DNA of 64,000 nt. Source: Folioceros fuciformis. Its lineage: Eukaryota. The position numbers and the translations under genes were made by a program. Positions 35,501-48,611 of this stretch are shown here, piece by piece. Under the pieces are notes generated by a model. The model did no database searches. It was not told where the DNA came from and saw only the letters and a program-made list of their open reading frames with translations. Each line of letters begins with the position of its first letter. Position 1 is the first letter of the stretch. The DNA lies in assembly GCA_049999805.1 (NCBI GenBank), contig JBNGIO010005980.1, positions 1 through 64,000 of the forward strand, read 5' to 3'.

Positions 35501-38500
35501 TTAAAATAGGCCTGGAGCTGAGCTGCTTCGAGGCCTGTCCAAGTCCACTTCGTAACGATGCACGCATATGGTGCGCATCCCACGGAAAGTAGCGAGCTGC
35601 GTCAACTGTCCTCGAGGGATTTCATCAAATTTGCTGAAGACCACACTCATGAAAGGAGGCCTGGCATCACCTGCCCTCACTGCACATAACTAAGCTTCCC
35701 CGCAACCGCAACCGCAACAGCCACAGTCAACAAATTGTCTTAGTCGGTTACTGCTGCAGCCCATAACAAAATCGCACCAACTTAGGTAGGGGGGTGGCCA
35801 CAAAACCAATTCTCACCCCCTTGGGCAGGAGTAGCCAAAAGAAACTTCTCCCTACCAAAGGTTCTTCAAGACTACAAAAGAGGTTAGAGACGACTCCCCA
35901 TCTTAGCTTGAGCTATTAGCTTAGCTCTTTCAAATTCAGCCATCTTGAAAGCTCTGCCACCCACACATTTCATCCTTCCACAACCTTTAGGCACCCCATC
36001 CCTATCCTCAAGTGCTTGCCTGAAATCCCACAAGCGAGGATCACAAATTCCCAAGAATCCCGAGAGAGCCTTAAAGGAGGAGGTCAAGTGGAGAGAGCTC
36101 AGCTTTTGGCTCATGTAAAGATGGAGAGTTCTCTCTGCCCTCCATGTATTCTTGTTGACTCAAATTGTCCTCTAGGCAGATACAGAACTGCAAAGAGGCC
36201 TAATGCTAGTATTTCCCATCTTTGCCTAAACACCTAACATAGCTCTTTTCTATCAATTTCCTCCTCCACATCAAGACCTACCATTTAAGAGTGTGGCCTT
36301 TGTGCTCCTCTAGGACCCAAGTGCCTTGAAGAGTGTGGCCCTGGTGCTATCTTCTACAAAGGAAGCTCGCCCTATAGACTTCCAAAGCTTATAAGCACTT
36401 ACTCCTACTTCCACACAAGTGTGACCTACATAGTCTTCACCATGCTTACGTTTTCTCTAACACACTCACACTCTAGACTCACAAAGCAACGAGGCACCCA
36501 AATCTATCCTTAAGAGGCACATGTGCTCTCCTCTAGGGACCTCGAACTTTAGACTACCAAACTCCCAAACCTAGCATATAGTTCCCCCTAATCTAGGAAT
36601 ACTATGGCCTTGCTTCAAATCCTAAATTCCGATTAGATTATAGATATGAAGGAATGAATGAGGCCTAGTCTAAGACTACTCTCATCCGCTTGAACATGAG
36701 GCTTATACCATTCTGAATACAATTTCCTTGAGCAAATTGTTGAGCCCTAAGCAAAATCCTACCGCCACTAACGCGGAACTTCTAAATTAGATTCAAGAAT
36801 GCATGCCTCTCATGCATAGAGACTCATTGTACTTTGTGGCAGTCCACATAGCACGCGAGCATCCAGATCCTCCTTATATATTCCTCTAATATCATCTAAA
36901 TTAGATGTGAGATTCATGAAATCTTATTGTATGCTTTGATATGATTCTATGTTTTGTAGCTACACTTCTCTTTGCAACAAAATCTTTAATCTCCCACAAA
37001 CTTTATTATGTTGCATTGTAAGCAAGCCATTATCGTCCACAAATACAAAAGAAACATACTCATTTTCATATCATATGACTCAGGCTCTTTGCTCTAGGTT
37101 TCTTGTTTTGCAATTGTAACAAATGGTTCCTTCCATTGTAATGAAGTTTGCATTTTATGCATGCTTTACTTAGTGGTAAATAATTTTATCTTTTTTTTTC
37201 ATTCAGTGAGCAAAAGGGTTGTTGTTGTGGTAGTACTTCGTGCTATGCTTCTTCTTTGTGGGGGAGGTGCCGTGCTTCAATCTTCCAGGTGGGCATAATT
37301 GAAATTGTTCTCGGTGTGGTGCTTGACGGCATAGGGGCAGCAAGAAAAAGCTCTCTACCCCTGGAAGAAGGTAGGATGGGAGAGACAGAAACGTGTGAGA
37401 CGATGTATCTATGGGAGCCAAGAGACAATCCGCACTCCCATTCACGTTGGGCTTACGAAAGGGCAAAAGCCAAAGTGTCGTAACAGTTGCTCAAGAAGAA
37501 ATTAGACGCCGTACTCCTGCAGAACGAGAAAAGAGTTCACTACAGACGAAACGACCTGACCGACACCTCTGCAACCATGGTTGCTGGCAGCTCGCAAATG
37601 ATGATGCGATGGTAGCATGTGCAGAGACTGTACACGCGCGAGGCCGGCAGGACGGAAGGTCTTGCGGCATCGACATCAGCGATCTGACACAGGTAGCAGG
37701 AATCCACCTGAAATTCTAGTCAGGAAGATGCCACAATTCAACGGTTTGGTGGCAACATCAAGTCCGCCGCAAGTGAACAATTTAAACAAAGTTTAAGCTA
37801 CAAACAGCTAAAGGCAATGTTCCAGAAAAATGCACACCTCCAGCAGCAAGGTCTAGAGCCCATTCACCAAGCCCATGGGGGACATTAGGGTTTGGATACA
37901 GAGCTGCTGCAGTGTCCGTAAGTACCCTGCACGGAGACAAAATTGGCAGGGCAATCGTGGATCAGGACGCAGCAGCAGCTCAGTGGGCTCGCGAAGGGCT
38001 TGCGGGCTTCGCTCCATCCTTGACTCTGCACGGACCATTGCACCACCGACCAGCAACGTGAGGTGACTACTTTATTAGGCACAGGCATGGAAGGCATTCA
38101 CCACGGTTCCGCATTCAGCTTGCTTGCGTCACAGGACACAAGCTCCTGTCCTTTCAAGCTCACCTTCTTCAGCAGAAGTCATGGGTCTCGATGCCCTGCA
38201 AAGCAGTCTCCTAAGTAACCTCCGTTTCTTCAAGCCGGTGCATGCGTAGGTTTCTTCCCCCTAAATTTCTACACCTCACTTCTCTCGTTCACCAGCGTCC
38301 CTTCCCCATGCCATTTTCAACACTTTCTCGAGGAAGGGCTCTTCTCTCCCTTTCACCAGCTTCTAAACCTCTAACTACGAGATGCCAAAAACCCCCTTTT
38401 CCTCTGGCACAGTCTCTTTTTCCACGACATAATCCTAACTTAAAAAACAGGATGATGATATGTCTCGTCAAAGTTCGGTGTACTTGCCAAGCTCCACCAG

Positions 38501-38515
38501 CTTTACAACACAAGC

Positions 38516-41470
38516 TCAAGGGGTAGCATTCAAGGTGCTGTGTCCAGGTTCCAGCGGTGCATTCATGGTGCTGTCTCCAGGTCCCTGCGATGCGTTCATG
38601 GTACTGTCTCCAGGTTCCGGTGATGCGTTCATAAGGTCATTGGGCATGGACGCTGTGTCCAGGCTCCAACAGTCCCTGGATAATCCTTCTGCCTCGGTGC
38701 CAGCCAATCTATAAGCAGGAACTCTATGGGAAAATCTAAGCAGTTGCTTCGCAGGATAGAAGTCCACAACACCCGGCTTTCGTCTAAAAACAGATTTGTA
38801 CTCGGAGAGTTTGGTCAGAGGCGCCACATTCACACCCTCTGCTTCGCTGAAGTCGCTGATCACCTCCACCATGTCGTACTTCCTCCCTCGGTTTGCAGTC
38901 GGCCATCCTTCCTCCCAATTCTGGTACATGGCCCATACCTCCTGCTTCCTGGGATATATCTTCAGCACGTTTTTCAAACCCTTACCCACCGTGGCCAAAT
39001 GAGAGAAAATGTTAACGGCCTTTACATCAGTAGATTTGCCCAACTTGAAATCCCCACATGGTATCGCCAGTTTAGTTTGATTTACCCACTTGGCACTCTG
39101 ATTATAATTATATGTCTCCAGCCAATGCATCCGAACTTTGAAAGGAGACACCACAACTTTGTCAATCTTCCCATAGAACCTGGGCATCCCGTCGTCATCA
39201 TCATAAATCGCCCACACTTGCCCTTCAGCAAACTCTGTCTCTGACCTTTCATTGTCAAATACGTGAAAATCAGGGTCAGGGACCTCAATATCGGCCTCGC
39301 TCAACGGAGGAGGGCACGAGGAAGGGGTCGTGGGCAGAGCACTGGAAGGCTGCCTTCCTGCAGAAATCACACATGTTGTCCTCGGAGCTGGTGCAGATAA
39401 AGGACTTGATTTCTCGGACACCTGCCGTCCATTCGCTGCTGAGCTCCTATTCACTGTCCCATTGCCATCTGCATTCTTCCTCTGCCGAAGCTGTCGGGAC
39501 TTGCCCCCTCCTTCCTCTTTGGCATCCTCAACCATATTCCTGATATTGAAGCCAAATCTTTCTCCTTCAGCGGAAACGGAGCAATTGGCATGCATGTTGC
39601 CTGTCACATCCTTCCTCCTGGAGCTCTCCAAAGCGGCAGCTGACACATTTTCCGTCACAACCTGCTTACCCTTAACCCCTGATTTTGAAGTATCAGGCTT
39701 TGTCTGAGAGTATCGCATGCTTTCCTTGACCTCTTTACTATGAATCAGGTTAACAGGGCATCGTTCTTTCTTGTCACCCTTGGAAAGATACTCCTGCCAC
39801 TCGGATTCACTGTTCTCCCCCCCCACTGCCTCATCTGCCATTTCGTCAGCTACTGGCGCTCCAACTGACTTGTAGTCAACATAGCTCCGCTTACGAGTCG
39901 TCATACCATCAACTGCACGAACCTTTTCTGATTGTTTGGACTGCCCATCCACCTTCGTAGATGTGTTCTGCCGCGCCTCATCGTGCATGAAAGAATTCCC
40001 ATTTTCAGCAACTGTGAAGCTACTAACGGTAGGTGCCCCTCCCCTGCTAGCGGATGCCACGTTCATTTTGTCTGCCAATCGAGAACCCTTGCCAACCAGG
40101 AAGTTAATAAGCTCATCTTCCTCCTTCTCATCATCAGTATCACCAAAAGTGTAAGCAACCTTATTGTTTCTCTTTCGAAGTGACCTACGCAGCTTGGTGG
40201 GAGGTTCTTCTCCTTCCTCCCTACCAGTCGACACATCGACCTTGTAATCTTCGTCCCCATCTTCCGCCATAGCATCCTTTTTCTCCTCTTCTACTTCCTT
40301 CACATCTTCCTCGTCCTCGTCCTCGTCCTCCGCCTCTTCCTCCTCCTCCTCCTCTTCATCCTCCTCTTCACCATCCACCTCCATCCGTAGACTGCTGTCA
40401 CATGCCTTCTTTGACCTCGTCTTTGACTTTTTAGGCTTTCCCTCAGGCCTCCTCCGTAACTTGCTAGCCTTCTTCTCAGGTTCTGCCTCCATCGACGCCT
40501 GCCTCACTTCCCGCACCAACTTCTCCTGGAGGCTATCGTCTTTCTTCCTCTGACTAGACTCCGGGTGATCTTCTACTGGCATTCTATCCTTGGAAGCCAC
40601 CACCTCCTCTCGATTCTTTCCCTTCCTTCCCCTCTGTAAGACCTTCTTTGCTTCCCTCTCAGCCTCAACCCTCTCCCTCCTGACCTTTGCAAATGTCTGC
40701 TGCACAACATCCTCGGATTTCTGGCCAGTTCCTGTTTCCTTCGCTGCAGTTGCGGCTGCTGGATGAACAGATGTTGAATTTGCTGACCCCGTACCAAGAC
40801 GGGTCTTCTCAGCTGCTGTGCCGTTGGAAACTCCTCCCACTTTGTCATCTGCTTGCTGATTCCACCGAAATTGGTCGCTCGGCCATTCGGTGGCTACGAA
40901 AGAAGCCTTACAATGTACACAGTCAACACGGTGGTTGATATACTTTCGCAAGTACTTGAACTCAGTCTTGCACATTCGGCACATCGTCCAAAAGGTTTCC
41001 AGGACATCTGTTCCAGGTGGTGCGTGCCCATTAGAAGGTGCAGGTTGCCGCGCAGCCGCCACCTTCAGCGACATAACTCTCTTCATATCAAACAGGTGCC
41101 TCTTCTCTTTGTTGGTAAGAACAGCATTGGCTTCTCCAATGAGCTTGAAAGCCGCTTCTGCACCGGCAAATTTGTTCTTGTCTGGATGCAGCGCCAGAGC
41201 CAATTTTCGATATTGCTTCTTGATAGTTGCCTCGTCGGCAACAGGATCGGTCTGGAGAATGCTGTACCAGTCCGAGTCGGTCCCGGTAATCTTTTGCTCG
41301 GCCGCAAGCTCCACATCAACCACAGCATGGAGTTGTGCCAGCCCCTCCAAGCCTTGATGGAGACTCATTGCCTTGTTCAGAAATTTCTTCGCACCTGCAA
41401 GGTCCCTCTGAGCATACTTACTCTCAGCAATGCCCTTTGCTCGAAGTGCCTCGTCCCTGTTACACTCCAT
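38516..41470 (-). CDS. DnaJ (J-domain) protein with zinc-ribbon and C-terminal DUF3444 domain, 984 aa, single coding exon
   Basis: N-terminus MECNRDEALRAKGIAE is typical of this plant family. J-domain DWYSILQ..IKKQYRKLALALHPDKNKFAGAEAAFKLI; TFWTMCRMC..CVHC; DUF3444 VPDPDFHVFD..GQVWAIYDDDDGMPRFY..FSH..IYPRKQEVWA..FSHRVP..WSLDTAS. The ORF is uninterrupted. Confidence 0.95.
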   Translation of the reverse strand: MECNRDEALRAKGIAESKYAQRDLAGAKKFLNKAMSLHQGLEGLAQLHAVVDVELAAEQKITGTDSDWYSILQTDPVADEATIKKQYRKLALALHPDKNKFAGAEAAFKLIGEANAVLTNKEKRHLFDMKRVMSLKVAAARQPAPSNGHAPPGTDVLETFWTMCRMCKTEFKYLRKYINHRVDCVHCKASFVATEWPSDQFRWNQQADDKVGGVSNGTAAEKTRLGTGSANSTSVHPAAATAAKETGTGQKSEDVVQQTFAKVRRERVEAEREAKKVLQRGRKGKNREEVVASKDRMPVEDHPESSQRKKDDSLQEKLVREVRQASMEAEPEKKASKLRRRPEGKPKKSKTRSKKACDSSLRMEVDGEEEDEEEEEEEEAEDEDEDEEDVKEVEEEKKDAMAEDGDEDYKVDVSTGREEGEEPPTKLRRSLRKRNNKVAYTFGDTDDEKEEDELINFLVGKGSRLADKMNVASASRGGAPTVSSFTVAENGNSFMHDEARQNTSTKVDGQSKQSEKVRAVDGMTTRKRSYVDYKSVGAPVADEMADEAVGGENSESEWQEYLSKGDKKERCPVNLIHSKEVKESMRYSQTKPDTSKSGVKGKQVVTENVSAAALESSRRKDVTGNMHANCSVSAEGERFGFNIRNMVEDAKEEGGGKSRQLRQRKNADGNGTVNRSSAANGRQVSEKSSPLSAPAPRTTCVISAGRQPSSALPTTPSSCPPPLSEADIEVPDPDFHVFDNERSETEFAEGQVWAIYDDDDGMPRFYGKIDKVVVSPFKVRMHWLETYNYNQSAKWVNQTKLAIPCGDFKLGKSTDVKAVNIFSHLATVGKGLKNVLKIYPRKQEVWAMYQNWEEGWPTANRGRKYDMVEVISDFSEAEGVNVAPLTKLSEYKSVFRRKPGVVDFYPAKQLLRFSHRVPAYRLAGTEAEGLSRDCWSLDTASMPNDLMNASPEPGDSTMNASQGPGDSTMNAPLEPGHSTLNATP

Positions 41471-43797
41471 TGCTGGACTACTCGTTCAGTGTCCGCCCAA
41501 CCGATACCGTGGACACCGAATCCCCCCAGTGCGACTTGACTAGATCTACCCCACACCTAAAACCTCATAACATTCTTGCAAATTCGATGTCAACTACTTC
41601 CTACTCATGAAGTGCCTCATCCCTGCTACCCTCCATTCCTGGACGACGTGTACAGCCTCCTCCCAATTGAGCTTGCGTGTGTCCAACTGAACTTGCGGAA
41701 GGAACCTGAGGAAGCCGAAGCCGAAGCCGAACTCAGCTCGACAGTAACTGTTGCATACCTCAAGCCTCACACAACTGGCCCAGAGTAGTTCCCTACAACG
41801 AGATATTTCAGTCCGCCTGAGCCCCCAGGACTTGTCCAGAATCAAACTAGAGCGTCCTTTCCCTCACTGCCTCGCAGTATCAATCGGCAAAGTGGCACTA
41901 AGATGGCGAGATTGTGCTTAGCTGCTTCTCAATGCCCACTACCCCTGTCCTCTCCTCCCTCCCAACACTCAGGGACCCTTACCACTACCGCCGACACCCC
42001 TAGAGCCGCTTCTTAACTCCCAAAATGCCTCTCAACCTTTTTCAATTGCTTGCCAACACCTTCCAAAGCCGACCTATAGCTTCCAGTACCTCCCAATAAT
42101 GAGTTGCGATGCGCCTGACCACACGCAAAATCTGATGGAAACTGCGGCAAAACCCACAGAAAAGAGATCAACCACAAGGTCAAAGCGGTCAAACCAAGCT
42201 CTATCAGAGAGGCAAGAAGAGGATTAAAACGCCGCAATTGATGATGAGACATCCCAAACAGGCAAAACGGATACACATATCAAAGAACATGGGTTATGGA
42301 AGGACGCCCAAGGCCAAAAGCCTTGAGCGTGATCCGTGTCCTCCACGAGTCATGAGTCGCCGCAAAAACACGCGTGCCTGCAGGCCGCAACAAACACAAA
42401 ACTACCAATGCAGATTTCTTTCAAACATCGCCTGCCTACAATGAATCAAAAAGGCCTGAAAAAGGACGATGCGGAGGACTGAGAGTGCGCTAATCTCTTG
42501 CGGTAAGTGGTTAGCGGGAAAGACCAACAACAAATACAGCACAGCAGAAGCAACACCCACACACCCATAACAAAATTCCTCACCACTCCACTCCCCTTCC
42601 CCCTTCGCTGGGCTGTTCCCCAACGTCCAAGACCGACCCATCGTCCCCAAGACGCGATTGACGGAACCAAAGAGAAGCAGCACATGGGGGCTGTAACCAT
42701 ACCTTCCCTCCTTCCTCCTTCCTCCTTCCTTCCTCAGGAGGTCGCATTCGGAGAAGCAGCCCTTCCAATCAGAGGTAGTATCGCAGGAACCTCACTTCTT
42801 GCGTCCGTCCCAACAAGCCGGCGCGAGCGCAATACGGCGAGCCCCCCCTGCTCAACGAAAATCGCAAAGGCCTGCCTGATCCCCACCGGCGTTGTCCTTC
42901 ACGCACCCGCAGAGAAGCAAAGGAACGGCTAGTCAATCGTCTTTCCTCTTCCCTCCTCCTCTACAGGCCCGCCCTTCCTCATCGCCCAGTGCCGCTCTTA
43001 GCTCACCCCGCTTGCCATACAGGAGGGAGGGTGGGCTGGCTCCAGAGTTGAATTGGGGTGAGCTGCGGGGCGGCACCTCCTCACACGCCTAGCATTCCGA
43101 GGGAAGCCCAATTCAGGGAAGCACAATCGGGAAGGAAAACACCAGACGCACCAGGCCACAATCAGGTCATGGCTCGCGCTCATCAACCTTTCTCTCTTGT
43201 TCCTGGTAGTAGCAGAAATGTGCGCAATTTGATCGTCCTTTCCCTCCAGGTCCAGGTGTGAACGCGTAAGGCGCCCGCCTTACCACACTGGCACCCGTAA
43301 TTTGAACCCTCGCGTGGGCGCCCTAATGAATGTGTCCTTCTTGCCTTGGGATCACGCTCGCCAAATACGCCTCAGACCCGGCCGGAAGAAGAAAGAAACA
43401 AATCTTGCATTGTATTTCTGCTCCTCTTCTTCCACTTCCAAAGATCTCTAAACAATTCTGGTATGCACTCTTGGTCAAGGAGCTCTCCCTAGGAAACAGC
43501 CTCTTATGATGTCGTTCTCAACACAAAATACAAAGCATGTAAGGAGATTGAATGACTTCATCTAATCCATGTGGCACATATCCGTATGTTGGTGCCACTA
43601 ATGTCAATAGATTGCGGCTCAAAAGTACTCGAAGATACCTTGCAGCAAACATACATGCCTCGTAGTCCTAAAACAAAATTTTGCACCAATGGTTGTACTG
43701 GAACATCCGTCTTTATGGTAGTACAACCCTAAACCATCGCATCCACAACCTTGGTATGTCCAATGAATGACAAAAGACCATAGCTCAGAAGACCAAA

Positions 43798-43971
43798 GGC
43801 AAGTGCTCTATGCGACAATGACAACGTACCCTACGTCCTCTAAGCAACAGTCACTACGTCCACTATGCGACAGTCACTATATCCGGCAAGTGCTCTATGC
43901 GACAATGACAACGTACCCTACGTCCTCTAAGCAACAGTCACTAAGTCCACTATGCGACAGTCACTATATCC
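43798..43971. repeat. 87-bp tandem duplication
   Basis: GGCAAGTGCTCTATGCGACAATG...CACTATATCC occurs twice, near-identical. Confidence 0.9.
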
Positions 43972-46248
43972 TCTAGCGTGTGCATACTTGTACTTACAGT
44001 GACCCATGGTTGTCTTGGTACATTTAAACAATCTATGTCTTTACTGCGACAATGCACGACAATCCTACAGAGCACGAGCACGAGTGCATGTGCATACTTG
44101 TAGTTACAATGACATGGTACTTTCAGACAATCTATGTCTTGGCTATCTATCTCAAGTGGTTCTCCGTTGTTGTCCGAGTACATTGAAACCATCTATGTCT
44201 TCATTGTCTCTCTCCAAAATTGTCATTCAGACTATCTATGTCTTCTCTCTCCAAGATTGTCTTCTTCATTATCTGTCTCTTGTCAGAGTGTTGTCTTCTT
44301 CATTATTTGTCTCTTGTCAGGGTGCTATCGTCTTCTCTTGTGAGGGTGTTGTGTGTCTCTTGTGAGGGTGTTTCTCTTCTCTTGTCAGGTTGCTGTCTGG
44401 AACGATCATTGTCTGTCTCCTATTTTGTTTCTGTTTGGAACAGAAGCAACAAAGCCCATAGTTATGTGTGATTGCTATGGGGAACGGAACAAAGTGACAA
44501 GACACAAGGTACACTTCGTTCTTAAAATACGCGACCAGATGCACTTCCTACCTTCCGTGCACAAGTCTTGTGGTCAAAAGTTGGGAACCGGTAGGACCAA
44601 GCTGTCGAGAACGGAACAAGTAAACAAGACACAAGGTACACTTTATTCCTTACAATGCATGACTAGGTGCACTTCCTACTCTTTGTGCACAAGTAGTGTG
44701 GTAAGAAGCTGGGAACTGTAGGATGAGATTGTTGTATGTACATATGTAGTTGAGTTCTTGTCAGGGAAGAAATCACAATACCAGGCTAGATTTGTAATAG
44801 CCAACAAACATATACATGTACCCTTCGTCCGAGAGGAAGTTTGTAGTTCTATGGCATTGGGTCCAAAGCCATGCATAGACTTGTCAAAAACTTGTACAAT
44901 GAGGTTGTATTCTTAATTCCACTACAATTTATTCCTCCACGTTGGTGATTTGCTCGATTGTCCGTGAAAGATACTTAGTTTCGTTCCATCGCACACTTCA
45001 CCTTGATGCATGACAAAGGAAGCTATGCTTTGGTCCCATGAGCTTTAAGCCCGTGAAAGACCAAGACACGATAATAGGGACGCTATGGGAACCTAAATCA
45101 AGTAGCACGTTTCCTTTCCATATGCACTATTTGTCACAAGATACATCAAGATTATTATGGTTTCTAGCTACCTGTTAAAACTCACTCTGAACCGTTTGTA
45201 TTGTTTTCACACTTAACGTTGTCCTTTTTATCTCTCCTCGTTTGTTATTCTTGTTCTTGTTTTTCTTCTTGTCTTTAGAGCTTCTAATCATAACGCTTGT
45301 TCTGATTCTTTATGGTTCTTTTTTTTGTTGGCTTAACATGATGAGATTAATTTATAGTGCCATTGCCATGGTTGAGACATCTCTTTCTTAAGTCTATATT
45401 ATTTTTTATTTAAGTATTTTTTTAGAAAACAGTACAACTTCTCTCTCTTATGTCGACCTCTTGTTTTATATTTAAATATTTTTATCAAAAAGAGGCAAAG
45501 GCAAGAAACACAATCATATTTTCTATTATGTTTTATACCTAGAAGTAAGAAAGAGAATGAAGAGAGACATTAGGTATTCCACCTTTGTTACAAAGATTCT
45601 ATTCCCAAAATGGAGAAAAGAAAGCTGGCCAAGAAAAAGCATCTTCCTTTGTAGCTTCACACTAACTAGCCGCCCCTAGTGGAATGAAATTGTATTTCAT
45701 CCAAAGTTCTTTCCTTAAGGAAAATTGCATTCAGAAAAAAAAACTAGAAGCAAACAGAGCTCAAGAGGCTCTTGATTTTCTAATACATTATAAAAAGCAT
45801 GTGCTAACATTGAGACCCAACAATCCTATATCTCCTCAAACTTACACTCTTCAATATACAATTTCATGACCTCTCCAACCCTGTTGAAAACTCTCTCAAA
45901 ATTAGACCCCCCTCATTCTCCAAATTAGATTAGACACTTCTAGTATGGAGTCCAAGTTAAGCAACCTAATAGCTCCGACCCTTAGCCTTCTTCACTGTCT
46001 CAATAGTAGATCCACTTTCTCAAAATTAGAGCCTGTCTCAATAGTAGATCCACTTTCTCAAAATTAGAGCCCTTTTCATCCTCCACACCGTGAGGCTTGA
46101 GATTAGAGTCCAAGTTTAGTGACCTAAAATCTTGGCCTTTAGTCTTGTTCACTCTCCAAATCGTGAATCCCTAAGTCTAGAGTCCAAGTTCAGTGACTTG
46201 ACAACTATATCCTAATAATGACCTAGGTCTATAGTTCAAGATCGGTGA

Positions 46249-46408
46249 CTTGGATAACTATACCCTAAAAGTGACCTAATAGGTCTAAATTATAGGGTGC
46301 CTAATTCACTTTCAAAGTTGTAGATCCTTGGATAACTATACCCTAAAAGTGACCTAATAGATTTGAATTATAGGGTGCCTAATTCACTTTCAAAGTTGTA
46401 GATCCTTA
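46249..46408. repeat. 78-bp tandem duplication within a repeat-rich, probably TE-derived tract (45850-47270)
   Basis: CTTGGATAACTATACCCTAAAAGTGACCTAATAG...GTTGTAGATC occurs twice; GAGTCCAAGTT motifs recur nearby. Confidence 0.85.
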
Positions 46409-48611
46409 AGTCTGGAGTCCAAGTTCAGTGACTTGACAGCTACCAGCTACACCCTAACTTTACCTTGTAAGGCTCACAGATAACGTTTGCATCTTATCTT
46501 CAAGACATTAATCCAAACTACAGAACTATGTAGAAATCATCCGCTCTTAAATTTGAGAGGAAATCTTTAAGAGGCACATGGGAGTGTGGCATTTCTTCGG
46601 CATGAACGCCATGTGTTTTTTGGTGAAAATCATGGATCTTGCAAAACTTGGATATCGCCTACGTTGAATTCTTGGCTGTGGCCGATGATTCAAGAAATTA
46701 AGCATGCAATCCTCTTGGTGAAAAATGCTAAAACACGCTTCAAACCTCCGATGGAGAAATGGCCCAGCTCACCTAAGCTCACTGCCAAGCTCTCCAACCT
46801 CCCTCAGCCCTAAGATCTCCATGGCTTCCCAAGCTCTCTCTTGCTTGGAACTCCCCATGAACAAAACTCGTATTAAAATCCTTAATCTTAACAGAAAATA
46901 AGTAGAAATTTGTAGAGAGACAAGTTGATTTTTTTCTCCAAACTTATGTTCGAAGTTGGATTCCATCTTCAGATCCGACTCATGCTCCAAACTCCAATCC
47001 CACTTCAGATCCGNNNNNNNNNNCTCCAATCCCACTTCAGATCCGACTCATGCTCCAAACTCCAATCCCAGCTCTAGTTTTTGTTGGAAACTTTCAAGTG
47101 TTGCAGAACTTCCCTTCCTAATATGGAATAATGAAAGTGGTAAGTTTAAGCCTTACAAAACTTCCTTACTTCTTGACATGAAACAAATCAAGAGTTTGGG
47201 CCCTCCACACTCCATTCTAGCACCTTCCAACCAGCTGAGTCCGGGTTGAGTCATCTCGTTGCTTTGAAGTTCAGTCCAAGGTGAGTCATCCATCCCAGCA
47301 GCAGCGGAGGATTGCTGGCGATTTTTTTTTTTTTCTCTCCCCCTTCATGAACATATATATATGCTCAAGGTAATATTAAAAAAAACAAAATTCTTTCATG
47401 TCTCACACGCACCTGCACAGATGTACAGACATACCTTCGACGAAGACATCCCGAATGTTCCACGGAGTCTCCCCCTCGGCCCCGCAACAGTGACCCTCCT
47501 CCCGCTTCCTGGCATGGTGTGTGGTCCTGAAGATAGAAAGGGGTGCAGGTGGTGGGGCCGCGACAAGGCTTGGCTTACCAAACTGCACAAAAATATTTGT
47601 GGGCACGGATGTGGGGCAAGAGTCTGCGATTGGGCAGGGGCAGTTGATGGCGGCAGAGAAGAGCTGAGCAGAGCAGAGGGAGATGCAGCAGAGGCAGAGG
47701 CATGGCTGCCCTAGGCTGTCCAGTCACTGTCTTGCCACAGAAATCACGCGCCGCTGTGCGGAACCCAGCTTCAGGAACAGCCCACCAGCTGGAGTGCCGG
47801 GCTGGCAGACTGAAGACGTGTACTCACCTGCTGCGGTGCCTGCCTTCACCACCCAATCAATCGACGCTTGGTTCCAGAAGATTTGGCAGCCTCCATTAAA
47901 GTGAAAGGGAAGTTGGAAGTGAGTCTCGGGGGCGAGTACGTGAGACGGAAGTCGCGAGTGCTCGTCCGAAACGGGCGAGGCGTGAACACAGGATTAGGTC
48001 ATTAAGAACGTAATTTCCGTGATCGACTGGTGGTGCGTAGGACTGCAGAACAGCAGGTTGCGTGTTCAATTCACGTCCGGTACATCCAGGCGAAGCACGG
48101 AAACCGCTGAAGTCCCTGTTCTTCAGCGGACCCCCTGGCTGCAGATATTTCTAGTCCGGTCCCTTTCCCCTCGGGAATAAATGTGACGTGCCTACGGCAA
48201 AACAAATGTGACCCAACCCAATCCGACAACGAGTGAAGGGGAAAGAAGAGGCAAAAGAATCGAGTATGCCGCCCGTGCTCTTCGTCCTTGGCACTCCTGT
48301 AGATGGAGACGGATTTCTAGACTCCTCCAATAATTTGTGCGAAGTGCGTGAGCATTGGGTGAGAGAAGCGCAGCTCTTCCCCACAACTGTCTGCCGCTAC
48401 TGCTGCCAAGCTGGGAACGCCTAGGCCATTCCAGAAATGAATGGACGAGGCCGCTGTCCTGGAGTCCCGTCTGCAGAAGGCAGGAGGGAGAGTTTATGTA
48501 CCCGATTGTCAGCTCGTGGTGGGTGAAGTCTTGGGTGAACTATGATCCACCCACTGCGGGTACTGCTGCCGTGTGAGGTGGTTCTGCTTCCCCGTTCACG
48601 TCTCCGTCGTC

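Noticed and set aside
35760-36700. Possible solo LTR
   Set aside because: Composition is LTR-like, but I could not define termini or a TSD.
48130-48580. DUSP-like peptides (EGEFMYPIVSSWWVKSWVNY; FPTTVCRYC) suggesting a ubiquitin-protease remnant on the plus strand
   Set aside because: Too short and spread over frames to support without a profile search.
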